DNA of 63,866 nucleotides, filler included, from Licmophora abbreviata (GCA_900291995.1; 11 parts of 11 records of this genome joined end to end with filler, not necessarily neighbours in it), one strand, 5' to 3'; shown: positions 49,550-62,652, counted from the first letter of the whole stretch. Numbers and translations are program-made. The notes: generated by a model from the sequence alone, not told the origin.

Positions 49550-52500
49550 TTATTGCTGTTCTTCAGATAATGGAAGCCGCAAGCAGAAACGCTCGTTTGC
49601 CTCCCAGTCGCTTACAGGAAAGTGCCAAGCAGTTCCGATGGAAGCTCCTTCTGAATCTCGGTACGTTGGGTTTCCTTGGATTTCACGACTGAAGAAGTCG
49701 GCTGTACTGAATCCAATTTCCTTGTCCACGCATTCGTCTTCATAGAACGCTGTGAAGTTATAGTTTACAATGAAACTGTTGAAACAACTCACGTCGTTAG
49801 ATGAAGATCTACAAAAACAGAACACAAACGAAGTTACATCCATTGGTGTTTCATCATCTTACCTGCTGTACCATCGCCTGAACAGGCGAGGCTCAACCAA
49901 CTCTAATCGGTGATCTCTCATCATATCGTTTGTCACGAGCATCGGTCTCATGCCAGGCCACCGGCCGCTACCATCTTGTGCTTGTACAGCCATATCCTTT
50001 CCCTTTCTTGAATTCGATTGGTCGGACACACTCGCCATCATCCAATAGAAATCGTCGAGGCAGCCACTTTCCACTCTATAGAGCTTATCCTCGTCAATCA
50101 ATCTAGTAGCCAAGACAGGAGTGAAAAGAGTGTGAATTACGCAGCATGTCAAAACGAGCAGCACACCATCCTACACAACTTACCCTTGGAGAATTTCCAA
50201 CTCGTCCTCCCCAAGTTTCTGGTTCGTCGATTGCTTGCCCGACTTGAAGATCTTGAAAAAAGGGAATCCATACTTGTGCGGAAGTATCACCAATGGCTTC
50301 TCGCCCATACGTTCCAGGGTGTCTACCATGAACCGAATCTGGTGGAAATTGAACTTTCCTCTTTCGAAATTCTGCATATAGAACGCCACGTTCGCCCCGT
50401 CTACAATCGCAGTATATGGGTCCCCTGTTCGTTCGCTGTAGCGCAACAACGGAGAAAGAGACGGCATAAGAATCCTTCATTAATCCGAAACAAGTTAAGG
50501 CCCAGTAACTTACTCCAGCCACGCTGCGAATTTCTCCATAGCATGTTGCGCGTCAGTATCTGTTATCCCAGTAGGCCGTGTGCCACCGAGTTTTTCGAGC
50601 TGAACACCGGCGAGGTCCACTAGCTTCGTGCCAAGCAGCCTTTTCTCATCATCATCGAGAGTGATGAGTCGTAGGCGGGCATTGGTGCGTGGACACACGC
50701 CAGTTTCCGGATTTATCCTAACGCGCCCCACAACGAGCTCGTCCTCTGACGCGGGCGCGTCTCCGACCACGAGGGGGGCTAGAGGGTGTAACTTTGACAG
50801 GTTTCTTGCCATTGGTTTCGAGCGATAAGCAAACTCAAAGGCGCCGTACAATCTCCTTGCCGAAGCCGAACTAATTTCCAGTGCATCCTCTGCCATCTCA
50901 TTGATAAGCTGGTCGAGAAGAGCCGGTCCAATTGTTGAGTAGCCTAGCTGTTCTGCCCCTTCAATTGGATGTGCATCATGGCTATGAAAAAGACGGGAAC
51001 CAAAAGTGCAGCATAACAATGAGTACGAGCAGGGGAGAGGGTCGTGCTCTGTACGTTGTGGGTCAGTTACCTGAAATACCCGTATTCTACCAGTGTCGAA
51101 ATCAGCAGGACATAAGTTTCGGGTTCCATGAGAACCGTTGGAGTGCTTCTCATCTTTTTGAACAGACGCAGACCGGAACTAACATCGCCTTGCTCAAGAT
51201 AGCAGCGCATTACTGGAAAAAATGTTCGCCTTCTAAGGCCGCCTTCCTCCGACTGACAATTGAACGAGATTTCGGAGTGAGCTACTATAGCTTCCCGCAT
51301 GAGAATGATCCTTCAAAAACTTACCGGTAAGATATTTAGCAAATCTTCAGCAGCTTTCGCGCGCCCCTTGGCGACAAGTGCTTTGACTCGCACCACTAAA
51401 GTCTGTTCTGTCGGCTCATACAGCATATCATGGAACGCAGCGATCTCCTCGGCAATATCGATAGCCTCGTCTTCTTCGCCGCCTTCTGTGTGGCTCACAG
51501 CTGCGCCCATGCCACCTTCCGTGAGCGAGCTCTGTTTACTGTGGAGCATATCCAATACCGATCCTCCACCTGTGGGACGATCTAAATTGCGCCTCCGTCG
51601 AGTCGAACTTCCCGCGAACGTCGTGACCGTGTAGAGGTAGTTATTGATGCTAGTCTTGCCGAGCAAGACACCGGCCTCTTTGATCTTCTCTATGGNNNNN
51701 NNNNNNNNNNNNNNNNNNNNNNNNNNNNNNNNNNNNNNNTTAATTAATTAANNNNNNNNNNNNNNNNNNNNNNNNNNNNNNNNNNNNNNNNNNNNAATTG
51801 CCTTTATCAGCCTAAACTGCTTTTCTGTCATGTTGTGCTTCTCTAGGAACGCCAAACGTTGATTTTGCAGCTGGTGTCGCAACTTGGCCGACGTGTCCTC
51901 CTCCGACACGCCTTCCCGAACGAATTTATCTATCTCCGGATAGTCGTAGTGCATCGATTTCTCATTTTGATGCAACCAGGCAGTGACCATCTCTAGGGCA
52001 TCATTCCTGAGCCCCCTCTTCGTCCCAGGACGAACGAGTGTCGTATCGGAAAGCGCTTCGTCTACAAGAGCTCGATATTGTCCATACGCTTCCTCGTCAT
52101 AGGCATTCGGGTTCGGTGGCGGCGGTGGTTCTGGAATGGGAAACGCATCAAAGATCGACCGTCCAGCGAGACCAAGCTTGCTGGGTTTCTTGTCGGCTAC
52201 GTCATCCATGAGCTTGTGTATGGCATTCACAGCTTTCGGCTCTACACGGGCAGTACTGGATGCGACCGAGTCACTCCCAGACTTGCTCGAGTGGATGTTT
52301 GACTTTTCCCGTTTTCGCTCTTCCATGAGCGAATCGATTTCATCGAAAAACGAAATGAATTCCTTCGATTGCGGCTTTCGTTGAATCTTCGGCGGCGCCT
52401 GGCATTCGTTGCTGGCTAGTTGCGCCTCCGCCCCCCACCGTGCGGCGACCTCGTCGTCGCTGATGACGGCCGACTGTCCCTTGCGATACCTGTAATCCAC

Positions 52501-52704
52501 GCCATCTTCGGACGAAGACTCCAGCGATGGCTTCTTTCGAGAGTTTCTGAGATTGGCTGCGTTCCGAGATGCAGCCGGTTTTCGGTCCGAGAAGTAGCGG
52601 CGAGGATCTTCCGCAATAGCGGTGAGTGACAGTGACGAAGGCGTCACTATTGCTGGAATTACTCTTCTTGCCCATCGCCTCTGAAGTACCATCGATCCTA
52701 GCAT
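49550..52704 (-). CDS. PRORP: Proteinaceous RNase P paralogue B, probable mitochondrial presequence; spans gap
   Basis: RRRTFFPVMRCY, AIVDGANVA, DDFYW, LVTNDMMRDH, WHFP...C; Arg-rich N-terminus ending RRYFS. Confidence 0.88.
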
Positions 52705-53020
52705 GGTAGCTAATGCCTTTCAAGAATGGTCCCGAAATCAGACTTCGACTGTGGCTGGTGTTGCAATGTTCTGAGGGTTGCGAATGGCTTCAAAGAGATG
52801 AGCGGTGATGGGAGATGCCCGTCATCGTCATCGGCCTCAAATATCACATCGCGCGCGTTGCACGATGTGCCAAGGAAACAATGGGTCATGAGGCCTGAAT
52901 CTATCAATGCTTTGCTCTAGTTTTAGAGAGATGAGTTCCAAAACGTCTATAGTAGCTTCCCCTCACAACAGCTGGAAGCAATACGACCTTTCATTAAGCT
53001 ACTATGCACTTGCGGCATCT

Positions 53021-54626
53021 TTATTCAAATTCAATAGAAAGGGCCAGGTTGATGCTTTCCAACATGGGATCAGTTACCGTCAGCTCTTCACCGGAACGCA
53101 CGAGAGACGACAGAGCCTTGTCCAAGTTGGGACGAGTGGCCTTTTCCAGAGCCGGTGGCTTGGGCATGTACAGCGTTTTTCCACTCCCCGTCACGATACT
53201 AGGAGACTTCAGTCGTAGGTCGCCTTCGCGGAGTAAATGCATCAATTCCGTCAATGTCATGGTCGGCTTCAAGGTCAGCTTGCGTACCGACGCAGTGCAC
53301 ACAGGACAGTCCTCCTTTTGCTCATAGACAAAGGTATGACTGTACACTCCCGTACCACCCATGTACATCATGTACGTGTTGAGTGACTGCGAGCAAAATG
53401 TCAGTATCTTGATGGCTTCATTCACACAAGCGGCTGCGACGATAGCGTTGGTACTTGCAACAGCGGGGATAATGTTCTTGACCACGCCCATGGTGAGCAT
53501 GTACGTGACGCCGCTAATCGAATACCGAGAGGCTCGTTCGAGAGCTTTTTCATACACCCATTTCATGTCTTCCGGGGAGTCAGCGTCTAATTTCTTGTCA
53601 GGGAACTCCTTGGGCCACAACAAGATGAAAGCGTACGCGATACAATGTTCTGGCCGCCGGGGTGTTTCGGCAATGGTGCAGAGCGGGAATGATGTTTGCG
53701 GGGGAAATGCGTCCAAGGAACACTCAAAGCAACTCGTGATGCGAGGCAGAATGACACGCGCCTGACCCGAAAAGCCTTCCGTGCCGCCGTCAATGATCGG
53801 GATGATGGTGGTCGGGTCTGGGTCACCGTCATCGTCCACCTTTACCAGTCCGCACACGGTCGCATTGAGCCATCGACGTGCTTCGACATTGTCCAATCCA
53901 GAAATGATACAGTTGAAGGACGCGTAGAACGACGGGGGCTTGTCCTGGATCTTGCCATGATGAGCCGTCACCTTCATCCAAGGACATCGGTCATTGATAA
54001 ACGCAGCAGCCACTCTGGCCTTGGAGGATCCTACGTCCTTCTGACGAAAGAGGAACTGGCGATTGAGATTGGTCACGTCGATGGTATCGAGATCAATCAC
54101 GTCCACGTCGGGGGATTCCAGACATGGCCAAATCTTTCAAGATTTCGCAGCCAAGACCGCCACCTCCGACCACCAAGACGCGTGACGATGCGAGAGGCGA
54201 TTCGGGCAGATCGGATGGTGTGATGTTCTCAGTGACGGAAATAGGATCGAATTCGCCCACGGGAAGTTCTCCCGTCTCGTTGGCAAATGGAGAAGGCCTG
54301 CTAAGCAGTGTGAGGAGTGATCCACGAGTGACGGCTTGACACGTCTTGTCGATATCCTGGAATCAGTAGTGGTAACAAACAGGAGTGAGTAAGATGATCA
54401 TTGGTCCTGTTAGCAAGGAAAGAGTGCCGGTGAATCGACCCAATACTTCTTGGGCGTGTTGCGCGGGAAATCGCGTTTGAATTCGGAACACCTACGAGCT
54501 CTCACACGCCCAAACAAAAATGCAGCTCACCATCATGTCCAGGCTTCCTCCTCCCCCGGCGTCAGCTTGGCTGCTTTCCATTTCTGTTGCCGGTCGTTTC
54601 GTCATGTCCGTGGGATCAGTCAACAT
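53021..54626 (-). CDS. UBA3: NEDD8-activating enzyme E1 catalytic subunit (intron 54357-54530; 1-nt frameshift ~54110)
   Basis: [58 protein letters not shown]-terminal ubiquitin-fold domain. Confidence 0.93.
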
Positions 54627-54989
54627 GGGCAACGAAGGTCAAAGACAGACACACGGAATGGACGATACGAAATAGCGCAACAGACGACGAGACAGTCGAG
54701 TTGCAACACGCAGTACCAGGTAGGAAGCTCGATAGAAACGAATGCGTGATGTGATAAGGGCAAGGTCGATTCGGGCTGAGGGACAGACGGAAAAGCCCCG
54801 GAGGTTCTGCGGCGCGCCATTTTTTTGGCTGAATCTTGTCTTTCACAGTCTTCACTCACCACGACCGGCGACAAGTTCACGAGGCCATCACCACAAACAC
54901 GAACCATCATTCTTGCAGGATTTACTTTCTTGGCTCCTCTTGATACTTTGGATCATTCATCGGAGAAATTCGTGGAAAAGACTTAGACC

Positions 54990-56414
54990 ATGCCTCTTCC
55001 AAACACTACGAAACTTCTCGCGGAAACGACGACGACGACGACATCATCCTCCGATACACCGCCGCCCATGCGCAATCACGACGGCACTTTCATGCTGAAT
55101 GAGCATGGGCAGGTCGTGTATCGCAGCCAATTCCTTTCGACACACCCCTTGCGCAAGGATTGTATGGAGCGACTGGCCTCCAATGGCACGAAACTGACCT
55201 ACATGACAGGTGATGGTGTCATTCGGACCATGAATGCGGCATTTGGAAATACCGGCTGGAGCACCGAAATTACGCGGGAAAGACAAGTGGTTCGTATGTA
55301 AATGAGGCGTGAACCACCAATCCGTGCGAGACGATCATGCAATCCTCACGTTTCTTCACCCCCTTTGTCATTTTTCACAAAAGGTAAACGAAGTCAATCG
55401 TCAGGGCCGTTTTGTCGTGGGATACCTGGCGACGGTACGTGTGTCGCTGGACGGCGGGACTACTCATCACGAGGATTGTGGGACGGGCGAGTGTACACAC
55501 GACAGCAAGCTCAAGGCCATTGACATTGCTTTCAAAGCAGCCGTCACGGATGCCATGAAACGAGCGGCCCGTCACTTTGGAGAGCGCCTTGGAAATGGTA
55601 CGACCATGTCACTCGAGATTGATGTGTGCTTACTACTTGTATACTAGTCATGACAAAAATAGCCACATCATCAACTCACGTCTCTCTTTTTCTCTCTTGC
55701 GTTCCATTAGCTCTTTACGTGAAGGGGAATGGCCTTCGCGTTGCACCGAAGGACAACATGACCGCGCTAGCGATGCTCGAGATGTCTGAAGCCAACGACA
55801 TGTTTGGCGGCCAGAGGAAGCGACATACAGCTGATTCCAAGGGACCCTCTCCATCCTCTCGAAAGACGGGACCACTAGTCACTGTAGGTGCAAGTATCAG
55901 TGGTAACCATCAGGAGCACAACCATGCATCTCCAGTCACCGGGTACACGCACTCAACAACAACGAGCTACACGACACCCATCCTTCCTGGGAGCCGGATC
56001 ACAGCTCCAATGGCAAATCTGAAAGCCGGGTTTAATCCCCATGATACATTCGTTACTCCGCAAGAGACAGTTGGTCGGCAAGTTGTCAGAAAGCCGACTG
56101 TGAATGCAGGATCTTTGCACCATCCAGCTGGAACCGACACTTCCCCTGTCGTCCCACCATCCACGCAGACTTTCTCGCAGAGCCGCTTTCCACGTGCCTC
56201 ACCCTCGTCCAGTGCGACATCACCGGGATTCATGCATAGGCCGGTTTCCGCCGACGGACCTCGCCCCCCGTCACCCCAGATGCCACGACCGACATCGTTG
56301 GAAGACGCCACCAATCGCACGTCGCCCCAGTCATGGAAGCGTTCCGGAGAGACGGCACCTGTGGCGGAAGCGAAACGTGTCAAAACCACTCGCAACCCGT
56401 ACGGAAGGCAGTAA
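54990..56414 (+). CDS. RAD52: RAD52/Rad22 DNA annealing and repair protein (2 introns)
   Basis: KLTYMTG..MNAAFGNTGWS, VRVSLDGGTTHHEDCGTG, AFKAAVTDAMKRAARHFGERLGN. Confidence 0.9.
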
Positions 56415-56509
56415 AAGAATCGAAATCACTCTCTAGTAGTACACACATGTTCCAAAGTCTCAATAGGTATCTTTTGTCTCCCATCACCAAGCGCATGCGA
56501 CTTTCAGTC

Positions 56510-57160
56510 TCATCTTGTCTGCAGCTTGTGTATACTCCCACGTGCGACATCCCTATACTTTTCAAATCTCTGCCTCGCATAGGCGTGCTGCTCAGCAGCA
56601 TTCTTGTTCATGTCGCTCGTTCGAATCCGCCAAACATATGATACGATGCTCTTGGTGGTGTCAATGTACTGGTAGGCAGCCCCAGCCCCCGCCATTCGCA
56701 GTTTCCCGCCATCCAGCAGAGCCTTAGTCTCCTTCATGAGAAGTCGGTGATATGAGGTCACACCTTGAATCAGAGTAGTAGTATCTTTGGAAGTCAGTAT
56801 GCAAATGACCCATGGGAAAACAACATTGGCCATCTTCGCCACCAGGACCATCAAGATTCCCTGGAGCAAAACGAATCTTCTAGTCACGATCGTCGCAAGA
56901 ATTATAACTTCAATCGAGAGAGGCAGTGGGAGCAACCAGACGTTTTTCTCTTTTTCGATTTCCTGTGTCGCCGGTAGGCGCTGTGATTCTTCTCGGATGA
57001 TCTGAGACGTGCTCCGCTGTAGTGCGCCTCGTCGCCCACGCCATTTATGCTTCGCTGCAGGCGAGTTCGGCGGCGATTTATCATTTCGACTTTCCACTGT
57101 CGCTACCGTCCCTGTCTCGACCATGGTCGCTTCCCCAGCAATCTTCTTCCGCAAAGGCAT
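56510..57160 (-). CDS. Hypothetical membrane protein (216 aa)
   Basis: ATG ORF with a central hydrophobic segment. Confidence 0.6.
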   Translation of the reverse strand: MPLRKKIAGEATMVETGTVATVESRNDKSPPNSPAAKHKWRGRRGALQRSTSQIIREESQRLPATQEIEKEKNVWLLPLPLSIEVIILATIVTRRFVLLQGILMVLVAKMANVVFPWVICILTSKDTTTLIQGVTSYHRLLMKETKALLDGGKLRMAGAGAAYQYIDTTKSIVSYVWRIRTSDMNKNAAEQHAYARQRFEKYRDVARGSIHKLQTR

Positions 57161-57611
57161 GTGGACTTCGAGATATCTTCCGTTGTGACATCCAGACTAA
57201 TAGACCTGATGCTCACTCGGTCGTCACGATTCACTCCCGCTTTTTTGGGATGGACAGGAAGATTTGATATTTTGACAGCGGGCGTGTGTAAGTGGCGCGC
57301 CATGAGCAATAACGTCTTTCAACTGATGCCTCCTAAGTGACATTTTAGTAATCGAAAACCTACATGTACGATGCTATCATATTTTACTCATCTACCAAAA
57401 TTATCTTCCCGCGTTTTCCTTTCGCGTGATGCCAAACCATGAGCCGCAAAAGCAGCATCACATACTGCATTTCTTACGCCACAACGATCTGACAGATAAC
57501 GCTAGCTGCAGTTTCTATATCGCAACGCACTTAAGTGGACTATGCTGGCGCTTTATGTCGATGGCATACAGCAACACTGCGCCCCCATTAAAGTAGAACA
57601 ACTCGAACCCC

Positions 57612-59337
57612 TTACGATTTGATCTCTTTTCCCCAATCTTCGATTTGCTTCCGTCCCTCCTCCTCTTCGCAACGACGCAAGTTTAGACACTCTCGTAATA
57701 GGTTGCCGCAGATATGAGGAGGTAGCCGCGCGCAGCTCTCGCACCACCCAGTCTTCTGGCAAATCTGTCTCCCACAGTGAACACTGGGAACGAAAAAGCC
57801 GCAACGAATACACTGCTCCGAGGTCTTGGGGGCTTGAAAAGGGCCAAAGTAGCCAGCGTTTCTTGGAATCCCACTCCCCATGACACTCTGGGCCGCCAAC
57901 ACACCGATACCACGTTCAATATTCCACAAGGCGTCGCACTTCCCTCGAATCTCTTCTGGAAATGAGCGCACGCGATCAAGACGAATCTCGTTCGGGAAAT
58001 CGGACGTCTTGCTTAATCGCAAGCGGTGGTCGTCTTCACGCTCCAGCTGGCGACGCAGGTTGTGAAATCGATTCTTAATTCCATTGTCGGTTCGTCCCAC
58101 GATTATCTTCGCCATCTTCGCCCAATGACTACCCATAGTATTGTACAAATGAAAGATCAGCGCGTCTTCGACGGGACTCCAGTCGACCATCTTGAGACGC
58201 GGGTTGAGATGGTTTACATACCGCTCGCGGCACTGTTTGCCTGTACGCTCCGGCATGGACTGAGCAACAACGGACCATTTCATCGGCATGCGCATAGACT
58301 GGACCAGACTCAGTAGAATAGAATCCTCGTCCTTGGTCCAAACACGAGGCCCATTCTTCTTGCCCTTTCCACCTGGCCCAGCTGCGACGGTAGTCGGATC
58401 GGCACGCTTGGTAGACTGCGGGTCTTCGCGACTAGCCTCACGGGGAGGAATGTGCGGGTACGGCTGTTGATAGGGAGGCGGTGGGCCACCAGGGTATGGG
58501 TATGGTTGATAAGGATGCATGCCCGGGTATGGATACATTACAGGTTGACCGGGAGGGGCGTTGGGCGGAACACCATACATGTAGGGCTGAGGAGGAACTG
58601 GACGACCGCCCTGATGCGGATTTCCCGCCCACATGCGCTCCGGAGTGGGCTGTGGCTCGCCAGCGAAGGGTATGGACGACTCCTCCTTTACTCGGGCTCG
58701 TTTCGGAGACAATGGGGATACCCGTCCGGCCAAGCCCGTTGGAGTACTAGCACCCCGCTGATTCGCCGTCGAGGGACCTGCACTGCCGCTCTCTCCAATC
58801 TTGACCCATTCCGTATCTTCATCGTCGTACTTGAGCAAGTGTTCTCCTGTCGCAGCATCGTACTGCTGCACCGTCCCAGTATACCATGAGCTGTCGACTG
58901 GCCAAAACACGCGGACTTTCTTGCCAATCATGCACTGCGCGCAAAACCTGAAGGGGTTCACGCAAAGCGACGCAAGAGAGGAACAGCGTTATCATGTGAG
59001 ACAATTTACAGGCGATCCGACCCTTCATTTCTACTGGTATCCTCGGCGCGGCAAAAAGGAACTGCTGTCGAGACACAAGACAGTGATGAGCTTGTCATGG
59101 TCGGCCACCGCCACTCAACGTCGATCGGGACAAATCTTCATCTCTGGATTTGAGGGTCTACGTAGATTCAACGGAATACACGTACCGCGGCTTGATGCCT
59201 GAGCCTCCTGTTTGAACAGACTCGTCGTCGTTCGCTAACAATGGCAGGCCAGTTCGCCGGCATCCTATGCACGCCTCTGACCGTCCGGTGCTACCAGGAG
59301 GGCCGGGAGGCGGCGGTGCCGTCGTCATGGTCGGCAT
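57612..59337 (-). CDS. Two-repeat MYB transcription factor with N-terminal Tudor-like domain (intron ~58948-59185)
   Basis: WTKDED...WSVVA...RTGKQCRERYVNHLNP, WSPVED...GRTDNGIKNRFH; Tudor-like GKKVRVFWPVDSSWYTGTV...KYDDEDTEWV. Confidence 0.88.
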
Positions 59338-59577
59338 GGTGATGCGGCCTTGCGGGAACAATTTTCAATGGCTGGCGCGACCTCTGTTTCCGTTGACATG
59401 GTACAAAACCTTTGTAGAAATCTATGGAGCTCGAGAGCGCGAAGTAGATTTTTAAGATTTAACGTGAACTTCACGGCCACTTCGCGCTAACCTACCTGGT
59501 ATGTATCATTCCTATTACCGCCACCGGCATTATACCAATGATGTCCTATATCGACACCGAAAAATATGGTCACGGCT

Positions 59578-61905
59578 CTAAGAATGTTCTAGCAGCGATC
59601 GATCGAGATGGTATTTCATTCCAAGAAGTCGTCGGCTACCTTCAAAAGGAAGACCGTCTTTTCTCTCGAATTGAACGAGATAGCCAATTTCTTGGAAGCA
59701 GACGTATAGCTTCGTGCCGTCGGGCGAAAATGCCAAGCCCGTGGTCTCATCACCGGAGAATTTCGAGTCGTAAGCTTCAAAGAGAGTGTAGAAACGCAAT
59801 CCATTGTACACGTAGACTCCAGGGGACTTTCCGCCGTCCTCGGTAAAGTAAAGCCTGTCGCCATACTGAATGATTTGATCAGGTCCAGCCCCGAAACTTC
59901 CGCCTCCACCAAGCTCCTGGCGATAGGTACTCCCAATAGAATAAGTACCCTCGTCAAGATTAAGTCGGAATATCTTCTTCTGAACCTTGGAAACAAAGCT
60001 CAGAATACCGTCGTCGTGACTGATACCTTCGACGTTCGGATAGTGAGTCGATGCAGAGATTCGGCCGGTCGCAAGGGACTGCGTCCAACGGAATTTCCTT
60101 CCAGGGAGAAACTCAAGATAGTCCAAAGTGCCATTCTTATGCAGCATGTCCCAATCGAGCTTGGTGCCATCACATGGGCGGAAGCGGCGGAGAGCTCCGT
60201 TGGGGTGATCCTCTGTGACAAAGAACTTGACCTGCTCGAGGTTACGATGGTCAACAGCCATGGACTCAAAGTTTCCTCCAGTCTCCTCTACGAGCTTGGT
60301 CTTCTCTGGTGCTTGTTTGCCGGTCGGATCAACCTGCCAACACTGCCCCTTGCCGTACTCTTCGCACGAAACCCACGTATCCCAGGGCGTGACACCGCCC
60401 GCGCAGTTCCGCGTAGTGTGTTTTAGTCTAGCAACGTAGTTTCGGGGTCTTCCTTGGGCGTCAAACTCTAGCCCATACACACCTCCATCGTTCGAGCGCA
60501 GTTCCGAGTTGCTGAGATACATCCAGCCTCCATCATCGAGCTCGAACACTGCAGCACCATCCGGCTCGCCATGAAATGGAATCGTTGACTCGTCCGTCAG
60601 CCGGCTAGGACTGGTGAAAGCCACAGTCTGACCGGTCTTCGCTAAAATCTTGACATCCATGCCCTTCGACAGCTTCAAGCCGGCCGTCATCTCAGAAAGC
60701 TTGCCAAGCACGAATGACGTGCCTCCGAAGTTTTCGCCACCACCATCGTTTTCGGAAGAATGAAAGAAGTCACAAGAGTTCCTCGACTCATCGTTGATGC
60801 CATTGCACGGCATGTTGTTTTCGCCGCTGATTCCCACGGCTGCGATCAGTGCAGCCTGATCTGGCAGACAAAACAGACTGTTAGCAAGCAGCTCAGTCGA
60901 GCGAACAAAAATGGTTCCTAGAAAATTGTACCTTCAAGTGCGATGGCACCGCCGAGGAACTTGGTTGCTCGATTGTTCGTGAACGATGTGTCGCGAACTT
61001 CAAAAACTGCCTGCTCGTCGCTCTTGATTGCACCGCCCTGTATACGTACAAGAAAGTCAAAGCGGGAAAGCTTAGTCGACGCAAGCACATGACGGATTTT
61101 TAAACTCCCTCTGACTTACTTGCTGAGTACCCGAAACAGAATATGAAGGGGAACAAGCGACAGAAGCAGAGACAATATGAACAAATGGCGGCCTGTTGTA
61201 CCATTTACAATGTCGCACATATCATAGTCACTTACTCTGGCAACGTTGTCTACAAATGACGAGTCCGTGATCGACATGAAATCACCGCGATGGAAGATTG
61301 CACCGCCTTGCGATCCTACATTTCCGACGAATGAGCACGACGAGATCGTCAACATGGTGCCCGGCTCAGTCTTGATTGCACCCCCACGCCACCCGTCGTC
61401 GATCGACCCCTTGTTTCTGTTAAGCCAAGTTACACAAGAAAGAAATATAAGTGCGGTGGTCATTGAGTGATACGCCACAACCGTCAACGAATGAAACTCA
61501 CTGAAGGAACTGGCAGTCCAGAAGCGTCTGCATCTTTAGGGCCGTAGGTGCAATACGGACGGCCGCCTCCGTTGCGTCTCGAAAGACGAACCCGTCAATC
61601 ATGACTTCACTTTGGGGCCCTTGGATCCGAATACTGTTACCCTGGCCGCGAAGCAGACACATGTCGGTGTCACTTGCTCGCTCGCAGGACATGCGGAGGA
61701 TCTTGTTCGTCATCACCAGACTGGACTCGACAGGTTTGACAATGTCGAAAGGACACAGCGTCAGCGTAGCAACAGCACCGACGACCGATCTCTCGAGCTC
61801 ATCAAATGTACTGACAGTTACACAGCCCGACGAGAACTGTAATGCTATAGAGAGGACTAGCCACACTGCGTTCGATAACATCACTGTAGAGGAAGTGCAA
61901 ACCAT
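59578..61905 (-). CDS. Secreted PhoX/DUF839-family phosphatase with N-terminal GGAI beta-helix repeats (introns 61417-61501, 61123-61235, 61038-61119, 60861-60931)
   Basis: PDGAAVF, SNSE, NCAGGVTPWDTWVSCEE, ETTGLAFSPDG; signal peptide; FxxN..GGAI repeats. Confidence 0.8.
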
Positions 61906-62652
61906 GATGTCGAACCGAACAGCTTACAGATTTGAGCCCAGCCTGCTACACTCCCTCGGCAAACCTGAGCAAATGACTCAGCCATTGAGCATGAATTTTG
62001 TGAAACATAGGGATTCGTCCGGGACTGTGAACTTCGGAGTCGATCCCTGTCCTGTGTGCCTTTGTGACCATGTGCAACGTTCGCTGTAGGATGTCGAAGC
62101 ACACGGGGCAGCCCAGCCAAGAAAGTTCGTCTGTCAGACTCCGACGTTACGGCGTTGCACCATTCCTGCGGGAGCCGAGTGGGAGTCGAGATCCGGTTGT
62201 CTGTCATAGAAATACTCGATGGGTGCTGCTGCACCTCAGCACTCGTTCCGTTTCGCCTTTATAATATGTAGCTCGGCGTGTGTATCGTCTCAAATCACTT
62301 TGATTGTCGCCTTCGATCGAGAGACAATATTACGCATCACTTTTTCGGCGGATGAGACCTTTTTGCGGCAGCATTGCTCTAGTTTCTCTCATTCTCTACA
62401 GTGCTCACGGCTGAGATGGGATGCTGTCGTTTGACGATGATAAGCGATAAAGAGGGGTCTACACTCTCTTCGAAATCACAAAGAGAAGTGAAAAACGCTG
62501 CTTCGACGACGTCAGAGGAGAGACGCGAGATGATGAGAGCGCGCGCTCTCAGNNNNNNNNNNNNNNNNNNNNNNNNNNNNNNNNNNNNNNNNNNNNTTAA
62601 TTAATTAANNNNNNNNNNNNNNNNNNNNNNNNNNNNNNNNNNNNNNNNNNNN

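Noticed and set aside
5597..61905. SPX + PhoX as a phosphate gene cluster
   Set aside because: >50 kb apart on different contigs with unrelated genes between.
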